Source of the DNA: Turneriella sp.
GTDB taxonomy: Bacteria > Spirochaetota > Leptospiria > Turneriellales > Turneriellaceae
Length of the DNA stretch: 64,000 bases
Assembly (NCBI GenBank): GCA_965279515.1
Contig: CBDIID010000003.1
Location: 3,168,001-3,232,000 of the forward strand
Direction of reading: 5' to 3'
Below the pieces are notes generated by a model. It worked only from the letters and a program-made list of their open reading frames with translations, was not told the origin of the DNA and searched no databases. Positions 51,144 to 61,721 of this stretch are shown here, one piece after another (within the stretch, counting starts at the first letter, position 1; each line of letters starts with the position of its first letter). The position numbers and the translations under genes are program-made.

Positions 51144-52346
51144 ATGCCCGAAATCAAGATTAAAGACTATAAAGCGGGATCCACCGTCATTATTCAGAAT
51201 GCCCCGAACCCGGGGTTGTTTTATATTGTCAGAAAAGGCGTGCTCGCGATCGATACGGAGCACCGCCTCAACGATAAGGTGCTCTCGCGTTTTGAGGCGG
51301 GTGACAGCTTTGGCCTGGTCTCGGCGCTCACCGGGCACCATTTTCTCGTCACCATCTATGCGGCGAACGACGCGCAGGTTGCGGAGATTCCCATCACCAT
51401 GATCGGCAGTTATCTCAAGGCCCAGCCCGAACTGGCGCTCAAGATGCTGCGCCTCTATTCGCGGGAGCTAAGGACCATACAGTTGCATCTCTCAAGGCTC
51501 GATACTCCCGAAGACCGCAATGTGAGTCCGGAGATTCTGCTCGCGCTGGCGCAAAAGTATATCGATTGGGAAAAACCGCAGTACGCCGCGCGCGCGATCA
51601 AATCATACATCAGCTGGGCCGAGAAGAACAATGGCGTTCATCTCGATACCGCCCGCAACCTGTGGAAAGATGTTGAGGGTGCACATAAGTCGATTGAATT
51701 TTCCGGAAAGGGCACCCTGGTTCCGGCAGATACCATGCTCTTCTCCGAAGGCGAAATGGGGCGCGATATTTTTGTCATACTCGCCGGCTCGGTAAAGATG
51801 ATGCGGATTGTCCGCGGCGAAGAATTCATCATCGATGTGTTGGGTGCGGGTGAGCTGTTCGGCGAAATGGCGTTTATCGAAAGCGCGCCGCGCATGGGTT
51901 CGGCGATTACCACACAGGATTCGCAGCTTATCCGCATTAGCCCCGAGCAGCTTGTTTCGAGCGTGGGTGAGGGCGTGCTGCAGAAAATTTTCGAGAACAT
52001 GGCGCGGCGTATCTGGTTTTCGCACCAGCGGCTCATCATCTTCAAGATCACGGACCCCCTGGTGCGCATGTATGCCTTTCTCTATAACCTGGTGCGTAAC
52101 CAGAATATGCGGATGAAGGATAAGAGCGGACAGGATCGTTCATATAAATTCGATATTACTTTGAGTGAACTCAAGACGATGTGCGGCATTATGCGCCTGA
52201 AAGATTCCACGGAGTCAGCACTCTCCGGGAACACGAATTTTATCATCGCCCCGGACAGCATCACAGTCAAGAGCCGCAAGAAGCTCGAAGACCAGGTCGC
52301 CTATTACCGCGCCAAGTCGGGCCAGATCATCGCTGAGACGAAATAA
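51144..52346 (+). CDS. Tandem cNMP-binding (Crp/Fnr-like) protein
   Basis: Two cNMP domains (DSFGLVS degenerate; LFGEMA..PRMGSA) and a Crp-like C-terminus. Confidence 0.82.
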   Translation: MPEIKIKDYKAGSTVIIQNAPNPGLFYIVRKGVLAIDTEHRLNDKVLSRFEAGDSFGLVSALTGHHFLVTIYAANDAQVAEIPITMIGSYLKAQPELALKMLRLYSRELRTIQLHLSRLDTPEDRNVSPEILLALAQKYIDWEKPQYAARAIKSYISWAEKNNGVHLDTARNLWKDVEGAHKSIEFSGKGTLVPADTMLFSEGEMGRDIFVILAGSVKMMRIVRGEEFIIDVLGAGELFGEMAFIESAPRMGSAITTQDSQLIRISPEQLVSSVGEGVLQKIFENMARRIWFSHQRLIIFKITDPLVRMYAFLYNLVRNQNMRMKDKSGQDRSYKFDITLSELKTMCGIMRLKDSTESALSGNTNFIIAPDSITVKSRKKLEDQVAYYRAKSGQIIAETK

Positions 52347-52362
52347 GATTCATCAGGTTTTT

Positions 52363-52464
52363 TCATTTGTCTTTGCGGTTACCCAGGTATTGAATAATGG
52401 ACAAAACACCGCCAGTCGTAGCGATGATAGCGGCACCAATCAGGAATAGCAGCCGTTCACCCAT
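52363..52464 (-). CDS. Small single-TM peptide (33 aa)
   Basis: MGERLLFLIGAAIIATTGGVLSIIQYLGNRKDK; overlaps the stop of the upstream small ORF. Confidence 0.45.
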   Translation of the reverse strand: MGERLLFLIGAAIIATTGGVLSIIQYLGNRKDK

Positions 52465-52576
52465 GGCGGCGCGATTTTTCTACTTCGCGGGCAACCATGC
52501 GTGACAACCCCACGCCCATCAGATACAAACCTGAGGTTATTGCGACAATGCTTGCAATAATCATGAGGGGGCTCAT
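52457..52576 (-). CDS. Small single-TM peptide (39 aa)
   Basis: MSPLMIIASIVAITSGLYLMGVGLSRMVAREVEKSRRHG, preceded by TTGACG-N17-TAGCTT-N6-ATG. Confidence 0.55.
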   Translation of the reverse strand: MSPLMIIASIVAITSGLYLMGVGLSRMVAREVEKSRRHG

Positions 52577-52617
52577 GTGGTTAAGCTAAGCCTGATTTCC
52601 TGCTGCGTCAATTAAAA

Positions 52618-54708
52618 TTAGGGATACTGCCACGTCGTTCTCAGATCGAGCGACATGAGAAAGATCGAGGCGTTATAAAAATTCTGCGCGCTTTCGAGAT
52701 AAAAATAATACCAGCGGTGGCTCATGGTAAAAGTGAGCGGATCGGCTATTGTGAAGATGACGGAGTTACCAATATCGATGCGGTGCCGCCATAAATTCTG
52801 GTAGGTCAGCGACGAGAATGAATCGAAGCCAAGCTTATATTTAACTCCCGGGTAGAACTCCCACAGCATTGCCACGGTCGCCTCAAAACCCCAGTTCGGG
52901 CTGTTGACCGGGTCAAGGATTTCCTTTTCGAGACCGGCACCGAGGCGCCCGGTAAAAAGTTTCCAGGAAAATTCGGCACCTAAGGTTTCCCGCAGAAAGC
53001 TGGGTTTAAGCCCCGTTACGGGGTCGGCGATGACGACGGTATCGATGCGGTTTTTTTGGTACGGTTTAATATACCACTCGGTATTGTAGGTATAGGTCAG
53101 GTCGCCGCGGAGCAAGTTGCGGATCACCTGGTCGTTCTGTCGCACATAGAAGATGTAGGGATTAAAAGAGATATTGTGCCGGCGGTTGTAGAGTATGAAG
53201 TTGACGTCGTTTTCGAGGCCCCATTTAAAATACGATGTTGTGGCCTGGCCCGGTGGTGTATCGATGCCGCCGGTGTTCGAGACGTTCCCCGTTTCATAGA
53301 CATTCGAAAGATTGAAGATGGTCAGCAGGCGAAACCGGTTATCCGCCGCGGCTTCGGGATTCTGAATGCCGCGTTCGAGAGTGCTTGTGATAGCGTCGCT
53401 GATGCCGAACCATTGGCTTTCTCCCTGCGGGCGCTTCTCTGCTTGTTTTGCGGCGAATTCATAGCCGCGCTGCGTGGCGCAGACACGGTAGCGCACGTTG
53501 TCGCGTATCGGGTAGCCGGTGATGGTGTCGGCGGACATTCCGGAGAAGACGAGGTGAGGGTTCGCCTTGTAAAATTGCCGCATCGCTGCGCCGGAAAGCC
53601 GGAACGAGAAAATATTATAATCGTTCTGCACAGCATAACGAATCTGGTGCGGCCGCGTGAGCTCGCCGAAATTGGCGGTGTCGACGTCGGCCGCTTCGAC
53701 AAAGGCTGCGTCGCAACGCGCGGCATCGCGCACAGAGGCCGCGGCGAATTGCGGGGTTAACTTCAGGGGCTCGAAGACTTTTCCACCACCCGCACCATCT
53801 TCATCTGCGGCATACCATTTCTGCCATAACGACAGTCGCCGGATAAATGACGGCGGCGGTGCAGTAAACTTCCCGGTATCAAAGATATCGAGAAGTTCGC
53901 GCTCGGCGATATCCCAGGTGCGGCCGCTTTTTTTCAGCGTCAGTTTCATGAGTGAGGTCGCTGGCGGCATCGCTATGACGCGCCGGCCATCGGGCAGTTC
54001 GATCGCACGCACACTGTCTGTGCCGAGCGCAGCTTCCGCATCGCCGCCGCAGATGAGAATGTCTATGCGCGGGTTCTGCGCCAGCAGCGGCACCGCGTCG
54101 CGCACCGAGACGCTCGTCAGGGCAATGGTGAGATCGGGTTTTTCGGCGGCTGTGCGTTCCACGGTGGCGGTGAGAGTGGCTTCCGTGGGGTCGAGGCGCA
54201 GGTCGAGCAGCTCTGCCTCTTCAAAGGATACCAGCGAGCGCGCCGAGGTGATGCCGATCACCGCGGTTTTTAATCCCCCCTTGTTGAGGATTGCATATGG
54301 TTCAAAGAGCGGCAGCTTATCGCGCATGATGTTCGCCGAGATCAGGCGAATGCCGCGCGCGCGGCGGATGTACTCTAAACTTTCGGCACCGATGTTCAGG
54401 TCGGCGGCGGCGACAATGCCGGCATCGAGGCGCAGCATCTGCAGGTAGTCGGCGGTGATCGAACCAAAGCTGAAGCGCGACAGCCGGCCGGGATAAAAGG
54501 CATTGCCGAGATCGAAATGGTATGCCGCGGGGTTTCTGTCTTTGGCCGAACGCAGCAGCGAAGCGATGCGCATCATGTGGTTATCCGCAAGGTTCTGGTC
54601 GAGGGGAAAGCGCCCCGCGAGATTCGACGTCAGGTAGATCGTGACCTCTTTGGGCGCGGCGGCGAGCGGCAATACGCCGAAGCAAAATATTACCAGTAGT
54701 CGTTTCAT
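52618..54708 (-). CDS. 5'-nucleotidase-like domain (degenerate) fused to a C-terminal beta-barrel
   Basis: Signal peptide; TSNLAG, DLGNAF, ISANI and IDILICGG echo UshA/CpdB; aromatic amphipathic strands at the C-terminus. Confidence 0.7.
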   Translation of the reverse strand: MKRLLVIFCFGVLPLAAAPKEVTIYLTSNLAGRFPLDQNLADNHMMRIASLLRSAKDRNPAAYHFDLGNAFYPGRLSRFSFGSITADYLQMLRLDAGIVAAADLNIGAESLEYIRRARGIRLISANIMRDKLPLFEPYAILNKGGLKTAVIGITSARSLVSFEEAELLDLRLDPTEATLTATVERTAAEKPDLTIALTSVSVRDAVPLLAQNPRIDILICGGDAEAALGTDSVRAIELPDGRRVIAMPPATSLMKLTLKKSGRTWDIAERELLDIFDTGKFTAPPPSFIRRLSLWQKWYAADEDGAGGGKVFEPLKLTPQFAAASVRDAARCDAAFVEAADVDTANFGELTRPHQIRYAVQNDYNIFSFRLSGAAMRQFYKANPHLVFSGMSADTITGYPIRDNVRYRVCATQRGYEFAAKQAEKRPQGESQWFGISDAITSTLERGIQNPEAAADNRFRLLTIFNLSNVYETGNVSNTGGIDTPPGQATTSYFKWGLENDVNFILYNRRHNISFNPYIFYVRQNDQVIRNLLRGDLTYTYNTEWYIKPYQKNRIDTVVIADPVTGLKPSFLRETLGAEFSWKLFTGRLGAGLEKEILDPVNSPNWGFEATVAMLWEFYPGVKYKLGFDSFSSLTYQNLWRHRIDIGNSVIFTIADPLTFTMSHRWYYFYLESAQNFYNASIFLMSLDLRTTWQYP

Positions 54709-55306
54709 TACCGGGCAGGTTGTTTGCTCTTGAGGGCTGCCAATTCGCGGCGCAAATCTTCGAGTTCTTTCTCTTTTTCGGCGAGGCGCTGGCGGAAATC
54801 CTGGATCTCTTTGCTTTGTGCAAACTGTTTCTCCGCGGCTTCGCGTGTGAGCTGTTCCTTTTCACGCGCCGCGCTGACCTGCAGGTGTGAAATTTCTTCC
54901 TGTAGTTTTTTTGCGTCTCGGCAGCCTTTTCGGCGACCTGTTGATTCAGTTGCGTCAGTTGTTTGATTTTGCCGCCGCTGTCCGATTCGAGAATGGTGAG
55001 CTTCTCCGTCAGGTTCGCGACATTGGCCTCGGTCGCTTTGAGTTGCGCGGCCCGCTTCTCTTCTACGGCCGTGAAGGTGGCCTGTCGTTTTTCAAAGTCG
55101 GCTTTTTGCAGCTCTGCAGCACGCGTCACCTCGAGATTCTCTTCGCGCAATACCTGGTTTTCGCGTTCGAGCAGGGCGGTTTTTTTCGCGATCAGGGCAC
55201 GCTCTGCGGCTATCTGGTCAGCGGAACGGTCGGGGCGGCCGAAACTGACGCAACCAAAGGCGGATATCCCCCATAAAAACAAGCTGAGTCGGTGCATGGG
55301 CGGCAT
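54708..55306 (-). pseudogene. Coiled-coil lipoprotein interrupted by a frameshift at an A7 run (or recoded)
   Basis: Lipobox AFGC. After AAETQK the -1 frame continues KLQEEISHLQ...KEKELEDLRRELAALKSKQPAR to a TAA overlapping the next ATG. Confidence 0.75.
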
Positions 55307-55397
55307 TTTCCACGTTGGAAGTACGGGGTCGATACGTTCTTGACGCGGTGTGCAAAAATCCGTTTTTGGCCGGGAAATCGTATTCCCACGAGGTCTG

Positions 55398-56060
55398 ATG
55401 CAAGCAACCGCTAAGAAATCTCTGAAAGAAGCCATGGCAACCAGCGAAACGATTCGCATGTTCAAGTGGGACTGGATGGAGAAACTCTCGCATGTGCATC
55501 CGGCAACGCCCTTCGTTATCTATATTCCCGTTGTATCGGTCGCTATGTATTTTGCATTCATGCAGGGCAATGTGACGGTGCTGTCGGCGCTTGGGTATTT
55601 CGGCATTGGCATGCTGATCTGGTCGCTGATTGAATACCTGATGCACCGCTTCTTTTTCCACATTCCACAGACAAATAAGGTCTTTAAAGCGATTTATTTC
55701 TATTCGCATGGCATCCACCACGATGCGCCGAACGATGCGACCCGCCTGGTGATGCCCCCCGGAGCCAGCGTACCGCTGGCAATTCTGTTCTTTTACGGTT
55801 TTAAGGCCTGGGGTGGCATCTATTACCTGCCGCTGTTTTCGGGTTTTGTGACTGCGTATATGATCTATGACTTCATCCACTTCGCGACGCATTTTTTTAG
55901 CTGGAAGGCCGCCTGGTTCCGCAAGATCAAAGAGAACCACATGCGCCACCATTTTCTGACAAATAAATACAATTTCGGGCTGAGTTCACCGCTCTGGGAT
56001 TATGTCTTCTTCACGTTTTTCAAGGGCAAAGAAAGCCTGACCGAAAAACGGGATCATTGA
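55398..56060 (+). CDS. Fatty acid hydroxylase/sterol desaturase family protein
   Basis: EYLMHRFFFH, HGIHH, RLVMPP, YDFIHFATH and HMRHH. Confidence 0.92.
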   Translation: MQATAKKSLKEAMATSETIRMFKWDWMEKLSHVHPATPFVIYIPVVSVAMYFAFMQGNVTVLSALGYFGIGMLIWSLIEYLMHRFFFHIPQTNKVFKAIYFYSHGIHHDAPNDATRLVMPPGASVPLAILFFYGFKAWGGIYYLPLFSGFVTAYMIYDFIHFATHFFSWKAAWFRKIKENHMRHHFLTNKYNFGLSSPLWDYVFFTFFKGKESLTEKRDH

Positions 56061-56228
56061 CGCGGCGAATGCCCCGCCGGCTTGACGAAAGGCTTTTAAA
56101 ATAGCAAAATAAATTGACATTCTGTGACTGAATTGCGTCTCGCAGTTAAGTCTCATACTGACAAGGGTCGATACTTGAAAGAGTTACCCTTGCAGTTGAA
56201 TTGCAACGTTAAAATTAGAGAGGAAAAA

Positions 56229-57440
56229 ATGTTACCGAATATGACACGCACCATTAAAGTAGCGCTCGTGGTCATGATCGCATCAGCTTCATGGCTGATC
56301 GCACAAGACCTGCAGCAACCAGCTATTGACTCGGCAGATAAAGCCGCACAAGACGCAGAAAAGAAAGTAGATGAAGCTGAAAAAGCAGCCGACGGCAAAG
56401 TCGACGCTCCTGCAGCTACAGACCGCGCAGCAGACAAGCCGGCTGACAAGCCCGCAGACGCTGCAAAACCCGCAACTGCGGATAACCAGGTTGGCAATAT
56501 CTACAACGACGGCAAAAACACTTACGCTACATCACAGGCGAAGTTCGAGCTGACGGCTACAGATAATATCTCAAACCTCGACTTCATCGAATACAAAATC
56601 GACGACATCACTAACCAGTTCAGCGTTTACGGTCATCCGTTCGGCCTCGAAAAAGAAGGCCCGCACAAAATCGTATACCGCTCCGTTGACCGTGTAGGTA
56701 ACCGCGAAGAAGATAACATCTTTAACGTAATTATCGATAACACCGGCCCGGTAATGAATTTCGCGCTCAACAAAGCGCCGATCATCATCGATGGTAAGCG
56801 TTACCTCGCTCCCGGCACAAAACTCGAAATCCGTGCGACAGACAACTTCAGCGGTGTTAAATCCGTTGAGTATTCAGCGAACGGTTCAGACTGGCAGCCA
56901 TACAAAGACGGCATCGTCCTCGACAAGCCAGGTGCAGCGCAACTGAAATACCGCGCGGTAGATAACCTTGGTAACAAATCAGAAAACCTCAGCGGTTTCT
57001 CAACAACCAGCCCAGGCCAAGGCGCAAGCCCTGAAGACCTCGCTGTTATCAATTCTCTCTATGTTGAAAATACTCCGCCGATCGTGATGATTACTCCATC
57101 ACAGCGCTGGATCAACGTTGATGGCAAAAAATACGCCCGCCGTGATAATACCTACCTCGTTGAGGCGCAAGACGCTGAATCGGGTGTGGCGAACATCTTC
57201 GTAAAAATCGATAACGCGGCAGAATGGCAGATTTACAGCGGTAAACTGGTATTCCAGACAGAAGGCCCGCACAGCGTCGAAGCTAAGGCGACAGATAAAG
57301 TAGGCAACGAATCACAACCCGTTAAGGTTGAATTCATCGTCGACGATAACCCGCCGAAATCTACGATCCGTCCAGTGGGTGGCGCTACAGCGCCCGCACC
57401 AGCGGCTCCAGCACCAGCACCAGCACCGGCGAACCCATAA
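56229..57440 (+). CDS. OmpL47-like secreted protein with repeated Ig-like domains
   Basis: Signal peptide; three ATD..S.V..IEY / EG.H...Y.A.D.VGN repeats; Ala/Pro tail; GAGG RBS. Confidence 0.78.
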   Translation: MLPNMTRTIKVALVVMIASASWLIAQDLQQPAIDSADKAAQDAEKKVDEAEKAADGKVDAPAATDRAADKPADKPADAAKPATADNQVGNIYNDGKNTYATSQAKFELTATDNISNLDFIEYKIDDITNQFSVYGHPFGLEKEGPHKIVYRSVDRVGNREEDNIFNVIIDNTGPVMNFALNKAPIIIDGKRYLAPGTKLEIRATDNFSGVKSVEYSANGSDWQPYKDGIVLDKPGAAQLKYRAVDNLGNKSENLSGFSTTSPGQGASPEDLAVINSLYVENTPPIVMITPSQRWINVDGKKYARRDNTYLVEAQDAESGVANIFVKIDNAAEWQIYSGKLVFQTEGPHSVEAKATDKVGNESQPVKVEFIVDDNPPKSTIRPVGGATAPAPAAPAPAPAPANP

Positions 57441-57463
57441 GCCGGCATATAAAGCGAAACACG

Positions 57464-58111
57464 ATGTTTCGCTTCAAGGGCCCCGCATTTGCGGGGCTTT
57501 TTTTTGCCCTAATTCTGATGCCCGGGGTGGGATTTCCCGCTCAGGGCGCAAAACTTTCCGCGTCAGGCCAGCAGTACTTCCGCGCCTTTCTCGAAGCCTT
57601 CACCCCTTTGGTATTGAAGCGCGAGAAAAAAGGGGGAAATCCGCGCTGGGGTGGCAAGAACCGCGATTGCGCCGGGCTCGTCCGTTATCTGTTCTGGGAA
57701 GCCCTGCAGGCACACCGCGAAGATTTTCTCGACATATACCCCGCCGTGCGGTCGCTGAGGCGGCCGATGGCAGCCGAATTTTCAGCTATTGAATCGGATT
57801 GGTCGCGCGATAATTTCACTGCCTCGCAGCTCATCGCGCGTTCCGTTTTCGTGTCGCGTTCACCATCCAGGCTGCGCCTGAAGACAGGCGACCTGATGTA
57901 TTTCCAGTCGCCGGAGTTAAAGATCCGTCATGTCATGCTTGTTGTGCACGCAGGTTCTGAAATCTACCTCGTCTATCATACCGGTGATGCGCGCAATGAA
58001 CTGCGCATTCGCACTCTTGCTGACATCGCTGCACTTCCCGAAAGCGAATGGCATCCGGAAAGTTCCAACCCGGTTTTTCAGGGAATTTACCGGCCGTTAT
58101 TCCTCGATTGA
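57464..58111 (+). CDS. DUF1175 (YfaT-like) protein
   Basis: RDCAGLVRY, GDLMYF, HVML, VYHTG and WHPESSNPVFQGIYR. Confidence 0.8.
   Translation: MFRFKGPAFAGLFFALILMPGVGFPAQGAKLSASGQQYFRAFLEAFTPLVLKREKKGGNPRWGGKNRDCAGLVRYLFWEALQAHREDFLDIYPAVRSLRRPMAAEFSAIESDWSRDNFTASQLIARSVFVSRSPSRLRLKTGDLMYFQSPELKIRHVMLVVHAGSEIYLVYHTGDARNELRIRTLADIAALPESEWHPESSNPVFQGIYRPLFLD
57480..57505 (+). terminator. Rho-independent terminator of the OmpL47-like gene
   Basis: gccccgc-attt-gcggggc followed by T8. Confidence 0.8.
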
Positions 58112-58180
58112 CCGTCAAATTGACGTATGCCGATTCGTCTAAGTGATTGCCATTCTGTCTATGCCGCAAAACCTGATGGA

Positions 58181-58729
58181 ATGTTCAGGACTTTCACGGG
58201 TATATTATTAATCACCGCCGTAGTTTCGTGCGGTAAAAAGAAGCTTGATACGCCCGAGGCGGCACTGACCGCCGTTCAAGAAGCTTACATCAAACGCGAT
58301 GCCAAAGCCTTCATCGCCGTTCTTTCCAAAGAGACGCTGACTGAACTCGAAGAGAAGATCGAGCAGATGCGTTCGATGTTCCAGAATATCCCAGAGAACC
58401 CCCAGGCCGCCCAGGCCTTCGAACACATGGCTAAGCAGATGGGCATGCCGGTTTCCAAGCTCAAAGAGCTCACGATCGAAGATTTTATCGGCTATATGAT
58501 GAGCAATGAAGGGGCGAGCGGCAGCGAAACAACCCTGCTGCCGAAAGAAATGTTGCCTCCCGCGAAGATTCTGAAGCGTGTTGAGAAGGGCAATAAGGCG
58601 ACGCTTTATTTTGCCGACGATGAAAAGTTGTCTTTTATCAAGACAGATGCAGGTTGGCGCGTGACTCTCAATGCTGAAAATGTTACGGCTAAGGGTTTGC
58701 CCGGCCAGGGGCAAGAAGAGCCCGAATAG
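58181..58729 (+). CDS. Lipoprotein
   Basis: MFRTFTGILLITAVVSC lipobox; TPEAAL..GWRV pattern. Confidence 0.75.
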   Translation: MFRTFTGILLITAVVSCGKKKLDTPEAALTAVQEAYIKRDAKAFIAVLSKETLTELEEKIEQMRSMFQNIPENPQAAQAFEHMAKQMGMPVSKLKELTIEDFIGYMMSNEGASGSETTLLPKEMLPPAKILKRVEKGNKATLYFADDEKLSFIKTDAGWRVTLNAENVTAKGLPGQGQEEPE

Positions 58730-58730
58730 C

Positions 58731-59264
58731 CTATTCGAGCGTTTCTAACGTCACCGATTCATTCGTATAGACGCAGATTTCCGCTGCAACTTTCAGCGAT
58801 TCTTTACAAATTTCAGCGGCGCTGAACTTGGTATGGCGCACCAGCGCACGGGCCGAGGCCAGCGCATAGTTGCCGCCTGAACCAATCGCGATAATGCCTT
58901 CTTCGGGTTCGATGACATCGCCGTTACCGGTTAGCAAAAAGATCTTTTCTTTATCAGCGGCAATGAGCATGGCCTCTAAGCGGCGCAGCATCTTGTCGGT
59001 ACGCCAGTCTTTAGCCAGCTCTACCGACGCGCGTGTCAGGTTGCCGCTATAGGCCTGTAGTTTCTCTTCGAGCTTTTCGAGCAGCGTAAAGGCGTCGGCG
59101 GTGGCTCCCGCAAAACCTGCGAGAATTTTGCCACTGAAGAGTTTGCGTACTTTAACGGCATTGCCCTTGAGAATGGTCTGCCCCGCGCTGACCTGGCCAT
59201 CGCCTGCCATGGCCGTCTGGCCGTCGCGTTTGACGCAGAGGATTGTCGTTGCATGCATTTTCAT
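58731..59264 (-). CDS. hslV: ATP-dependent protease peptidase subunit
   Basis: [25 protein letters not shown] and [11 protein letters not shown] overlaps the upstream stop. Confidence 0.96.
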   Translation of the reverse strand: MKMHATTILCVKRDGQTAMAGDGQVSAGQTILKGNAVKVRKLFSGKILAGFAGATADAFTLLEKLEEKLQAYSGNLTRASVELAKDWRTDKMLRRLEAMLIAADKEKIFLLTGNGDVIEPEEGIIAIGSGGNYALASARALVRHTKFSAAEICKESLKVAAEICVYTNESVTLETLE

Positions 59265-60238
59265 TACCAGACCGCCAGATGGTCTTCTGTAACGCCGTAA
59301 CCCGTAAACTTTTCGGTTTCGCCGCCAATCTTGACCTGGCCGTCGAAGACGCCGTAGGGCTGAACAAATTTGCTCTTGAGGAAACCCAGGTTCAGGTCTT
59401 CGCTGCGCGCGCCGAACGGGCGAAAGCGCGCTTCGAAAACATTGTCGCGCGTCAGGATGCGCCAAATGGATTTTTCGGCCGGACGGATATAGTGGAAGTG
59501 CGCTGAGCTGAGCCCCATCGGCTTGCCGTCGAGCCAGAGCGCGTTTTCAATGCCGTCATTAAATTTGTCGACGAGATTGACCGAGAGCGATTTGCCCGAT
59601 TCGGTCTTGCCGATCATCGACAGCCAGTTCCACTCGGTGCGGCGCGCCGGGTACCCCTTGGTGTAGTCGATCATGCCGAAATCGCCGGAGAATTTATGCC
59701 TGCGTGAGCCGAGGATAAACTCGCCTTCGCAGCTGAGCCCCATCTCTTTGTACGTAAAATTGAAAGGACGCTTGGCGGCCGGAGCGATAGTGCTGAGGCC
59801 GTTTCCGGTCAGTTTGAAGATTGCCGTGAAATCGTAGGCACCGCGGATGTTGACGACGACGCGGTCGCCTGAGGGCAGAATTTCATAACGGCCTAAACGC
59901 CAGCTATCCGAAAGCGTCGCGTTAAAATCGGAGTTGAAGCCCAGGGGCAGCGTGAGCTTATCTTCGACGAAATACTTTTCCGCTGGTATATAGACATAGC
60001 TGAATGCATTGCCGATATAACCGGCGTCGGCGATGGCAATACCCGCGTAGAAGTCGCGGCTAAAAATGCCGAGATAGATCCATGCCTTGCGCTCGGTGCG
60101 GCGGCGCGGAGCGAGCTTGCTGTTGAAATCCCATTCGGTGGTTGTCGTGTCGGCGATCGGCCCTTCATAGAGGCCGAAGATGTTTTTTTCGTCGGGGTGG
60201 GGAAGCGCCGGGCGCCTTGGCTTGAATTCGCTTTCCAT
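59264..60238 (-). CDS. DUF2804-family protein
   Basis: [32 protein letters not shown] and EDHLAVW. Confidence 0.75.
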   Translation of the reverse strand: MESEFKPRRPALPHPDEKNIFGLYEGPIADTTTTEWDFNSKLAPRRRTERKAWIYLGIFSRDFYAGIAIADAGYIGNAFSYVYIPAEKYFVEDKLTLPLGFNSDFNATLSDSWRLGRYEILPSGDRVVVNIRGAYDFTAIFKLTGNGLSTIAPAAKRPFNFTYKEMGLSCEGEFILGSRRHKFSGDFGMIDYTKGYPARRTEWNWLSMIGKTESGKSLSVNLVDKFNDGIENALWLDGKPMGLSSAHFHYIRPAEKSIWRILTRDNVFEARFRPFGARSEDLNLGFLKSKFVQPYGVFDGQVKIGGETEKFTGYGVTEDHLAVW

Positions 60239-60281
60239 CGGGGTTATGGTATTTGCGGCTTCGGCGCTCAGGCTGTACTCC

Positions 60282-61721
60282 TTATTTCGGCTGCATCAGG
60301 TAGGCGTTTACAGCGTTGGCGCATTTACGCCCTTCGGCGATTGCCCAGACGATGAGGCTCTGGCCGCGGCGCATGTCGCCGGCAGCAAAGACCTTGTCGA
60401 CGCTGGTTTTATGCGCGCCCGCGTGATCGCCGAAGTCGGCCTTCACATTGCCGCGCGGGTCGAGTTGAAGACCGGCTTTCTCGAATTGTTCAATCAGACC
60501 GTTCTTTTGGGGGCCTAAAAAGCCCATCGCCAGCAGCACAAGCTCAGCTTTGAGTTCAAAATCTGAACCGGCAACATCGACGAACTTGCCATCTTTCATC
60601 TCGACTTTTTTACAGCTGAGGCTTGTGACATTGCCTTTGCCGTCGTCGTTGAATTTAACGGTGTTGATCGACCACATTCTCTCGGCCCCTTCTTCGTGGC
60701 TGGAAGAGGTTCTGAGTTTCATTGGCCAGTAGGGCCATGGTGTCGATGCTGCCCGGTCTGTGGGGGGCATTGGAAAGAGTTCGAGCTGTGTGACGGATGC
60801 CGCTTTGTGGCGGTTCGATGTGCCGACGCAGTCAGAACCGGTGTCACCGCCGCCAATCACGACGACATGTTTGCCTGTCGCTGAAATTGCATTGGCGACT
60901 TCAATCCCCGCGTTTTTACGGTTGTTCTGCGGCAGAAATTCCATCGCGAAATGGACGCCCTTGAATTCGCGGCCCGGAATCGGCAGGTCTCGGGGTGCTT
61001 CGGCGCCCCCTGAAAGGACGACAGCATCATATTCTTTGAGCAGGTCTTGAGCGGAGATGTCTTTGCCGACAGTGACGCCGGTTTTGATGACGACGCCTTC
61101 GGCGACCATCTGTTCGGCGCGGCGGTCAATCTGCCATTTTTCAAACTTAAAATCGGGAATGCCAAAACGGATGAGGCCGCCGATCTTCTCGTTCTTTTCA
61201 AAAAGCGTGACCGAGTGGCCCATGCGCGCCAGCTGTTGCGAAGCCGCCATACCCGCAGGACCTGAACCCACGACCGCTACCTTTTTACCCGTCTTGTGGT
61301 TATTGATCTGCGGTTTTACCCAGCCATTCTTAAAGCCGGTATCAATGATAAAACGTTCGATACCCTTGATCGCTACAGCCGGCTCATTGATACCGAGTGT
61401 GCATGCACCCTCGCAGGGTGCAGGGCAGAGACGGCCTGTGAACTCGGGGAAATTATTGGTTGAGTGCAGGTTCTCGAGCGCGTCTTCGTAGCGGCCGCGG
61501 AACACGAGGTCGTTAAACTCGGGGATATAGTTATCCACCGGACAACCGGTATCGCCATGGCAGAACGGGATGCCGCAATCCATACAGCGCGCACCCTGGA
61601 TTTTAGCGGTATCCTGTTCGAAGGTGTGTTCGAACTCTTTGTAATGTTTTACCCTATCAGCAACCGCATCGTAAGTTTGCGACGCGCGGTCATATTCCAT
61701 GAACCCCGTCGGTTTACCCAT
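60282..61721 (-). CDS. gltD: Glutamate synthase small subunit
   Basis: [25 protein letters not shown] and [15 protein letters not shown]. Confidence 0.97.
   Translation of the reverse strand: MGKPTGFMEYDRASQTYDAVADRVKHYKEFEHTFEQDTAKIQGARCMDCGIPFCHGDTGCPVDNYIPEFNDLVFRGRYEDALENLHSTNNFPEFTGRLCPAPCEGACTLGINEPAVAIKGIERFIIDTGFKNGWVKPQINNHKTGKKVAVVGSGPAGMAASQQLARMGHSVTLFEKNEKIGGLIRFGIPDFKFEKWQIDRRAEQMVAEGVVIKTGVTVGKDISAQDLLKEYDAVVLSGGAEAPRDLPIPGREFKGVHFAMEFLPQNNRKNAGIEVANAISATGKHVVVIGGGDTGSDCVGTSNRHKAASVTQLELFPMPPTDRAASTPWPYWPMKLRTSSSHEEGAERMWSINTVKFNDDGKGNVTSLSCKKVEMKDGKFVDVAGSDFELKAELVLLAMGFLGPQKNGLIEQFEKAGLQLDPRGNVKADFGDHAGAHKTSVDKVFAAGDMRRGQSLIVWAIAEGRKCANAVNAYLMQPK

Noticed and set aside
52371..52380. 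Single CTTTGCGGTT unit matching the repeat end
   Set aside because: Only one unit with no partner arm, and it lies inside a small ORF; consistent with chance
57390..57430. GCACCA tandem repeats
   Set aside because: They simply encode the Ala-Pro tail of the OmpL47-like protein
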